Both the position numbers and the translations under genes were made by a program. 64,000 bases of DNA from an uncultured Nitrospinota bacterium (lineage in GTDB: Bacteria; Tectomicrobia; Entotheonellia; J063; CAVPRW01). This document shows positions 62,573-64,000 of this stretch, one piece after another (within the stretch, counting starts at the first letter, position 1; each line of letters starts with the position of its first letter). The notes below the pieces were generated by a model. The model was not told the origin of the DNA and made no database searches. It worked only from the letters and a program-made list of their open reading frames with translations. The stretch lies in assembly GCA_963707985.1 (NCBI GenBank), contig CAVPRW010000007.1, forward strand, positions 32,001 through 96,000. The letters run 5' to 3'.

Positions 62573-63706
62573 ATGGCGCGCGTCGTGAATTGGCAGCTCA
62601 ATCGGGACATGGAGTATCCGTATGAAGCGCCTCGGCCCAAGCGGCAGTGGGCGATTGTCTTTGACCTCAATAAGTGCATCGCCTGCCAGACCTGTTCGCT
62701 CGCCTGCAAAGTGACGTGGACGAGCGCCAAGGGGCAGGAATACATGTTCTGGAACAATGTTGAAACGAAACCGTATGGCAGTTATCCGCTCGCCTGGGAT
62801 GTGCGGGTCCTCGAAAAACTCGGGCGACAAGAGTGGGACAAGCACGGCAAGCAGTACGAAGGGAAGACCATCTTCGAAGCTGCCGAGCCGGAAGAAAAAG
62901 TGGTGCACTTTGCGCCAACGGACGAGGATTGGATGTATCCGAATGTTGGGGAGGATGATTGCGCTGGCCTGGTCCTGACGGGTGATCACATCGAGTTACC
63001 TCACGACAAGTGGTTCTTCTATCTGCCCCGGACGTGCGCGCACTGCACGTATCCGGCGTGTTTGGCCGCCTGCCCGCGCAAGGCGATCTACAAGCGCGAG
63101 GAAGACGGCATTGTCCTCATCGACCAGACCCGCTGCAAAGGGTATGGCGAGTGCGTGCGCGCCTGTCCGTACAAAAAATCGATGTACAACCCCTACACGC
63201 GCGTGAGTGAAAAATGCATTGGCTGTTACCCGGCGGTGGAAGAAGGCTACCAGCCCATGTGCGTGCAAAACTGCATCGGGAAAATTCGCATTATGGGCTT
63301 TATTAACCCGCCCTGGACAGCCCGAGACGATAACCCTGTCGATTATCTGGTACACAAGAAACAACTGGCGCTGCCGTACTATCCACAGCTCGGTCTGGAG
63401 CCAAACATCTATTACATTCCGCCCATCCACGCCGATCGCGCCTACCTGCGGCAAATGTTCGGGCCATTGGTCGACCAAGCGATCGAGAATTATCAGCAGG
63501 TGCGGAATGACCCGGTCACTCAGGGCTTACTGGTGCTGCTGGGGAGCACCGACCGGATCATGCATCGTTTCACGGTGGCCAATCACATGGCTCGCGGGTT
63601 TGACGAGAAGGGAGCAGAGCTGGTGAGCGTGCCCGTCACTGAACCAATAGTAACGCGTGAGGCGTGGGACGAGAAGCTCAACACCGTACGTGTGAATACA
63701 CCCTGA
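62573..63706 (+). CDS. nxrB: Fe-S electron-transfer beta subunit (NxrB/NarH-like)
   Basis: NWQL.R.M.YPYE start; CIACQTCSLAC, WNNVETKP, CAHCTYPAC...CP, CKGYGECVRACPY, CIGCYP..C...CIG. Confidence 0.88.
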   Translation: MARVVNWQLNRDMEYPYEAPRPKRQWAIVFDLNKCIACQTCSLACKVTWTSAKGQEYMFWNNVETKPYGSYPLAWDVRVLEKLGRQEWDKHGKQYEGKTIFEAAEPEEKVVHFAPTDEDWMYPNVGEDDCAGLVLTGDHIELPHDKWFFYLPRTCAHCTYPACLAACPRKAIYKREEDGIVLIDQTRCKGYGECVRACPYKKSMYNPYTRVSEKCIGCYPAVEEGYQPMCVQNCIGKIRIMGFINPPWTARDDNPVDYLVHKKQLALPYYPQLGLEPNIYYIPPIHADRAYLRQMFGPLVDQAIENYQQVRNDPVTQGLLVLLGSTDRIMHRFTVANHMARGFDEKGAELVSVPVTEPIVTREAWDEKLNTVRVNTP

Positions 63707-63717
63707 GGACGAACGTT

Positions 63718-64000
63718 ATGCGGAAGACAGCGCTGTTCCTTGGCTTGTTCCTCCTGCACGGTGCGGGTTCAGTGTCAGCACCTGGGCTGATCTCCTCAGC
63801 AAAGACATCGATGCTGATGTGTCAAAGGCCGATCCAGAGGCTTCATATTGGAATGAAGTGAAGCCCGCGGTGATCCCGCTGTTAGCCCAACCGATGGTTG
63901 TGCCGCGACCCAAGACAACCACCACACCAGCCTTGGAAGTCCAGAGTGTGCACAATCACGATTGGATTGCGTTCCGGCTCCGCTGGAAAGATGCAGACAA
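63718..64000 (+). CDS. Heme-b gamma subunit (ethylbenzene-dehydrogenase gamma/NxrC-like), partial; apparent frameshift ~63781
   Basis: Signal peptide MRKTALFLGLFLL, then in the next frame WADLLSKD..DPEASYW...LLAQPM..P...LEVQSVHNHDWIAFRLRWKD to the window edge. Confidence 0.75.

Noticed and set aside
42..63955. Many antisense and overlapping ORFs in the six-frame track (e.g. 9274..9825, 19019..19966, 28513..29274, 58992..59954)
   Set aside because: Shadow ORFs of well-supported genes in GC-rich DNA with no recognisable motifs.

Overview
GC-rich bacterial window from a diderm organism (TolC, Tat-exported enzymes); the taxon cannot be fixed from sequence alone. In order: a two-subunit CoA-transferase; an ECF sigma/zinc anti-sigma pair whose sigma lacks the conserved DAED motif; an operon of SPFH protein, Ycf46-type AAA+ ATPase, DUF1257, DUF2997, an NHL/TPR membrane protein and two small proteins; a Dpp-type ABC importer without ATPases; a split PEP-synthase-like enzyme, FAD oxidoreductase and M20 amidohydrolase; TolC divergent from a ~20 kb hglE/Pfa-like type I PKS operon (2xFabK-like-KS-AT-ACP-KR-DH; KS-AT-DH-PPTase; ACP; phosphodiesterase; hydrolase; putative beta-propeller; B12 radical SAM); an amidase with a small partner; a decayed patch (IS110 remnant, DUF433/DUF5615 TA pair, patatin pseudogene); and a respiratory region with PPi-type PFK, ba3-type oxidase cbaDBA, USP and a Tat-exported NxrABC-like molybdoenzyme operon running off the right edge. 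About eight frameshifts, mostly single-base, suggest long-read indel errors. All family calls come from motif recognition, not database searches.
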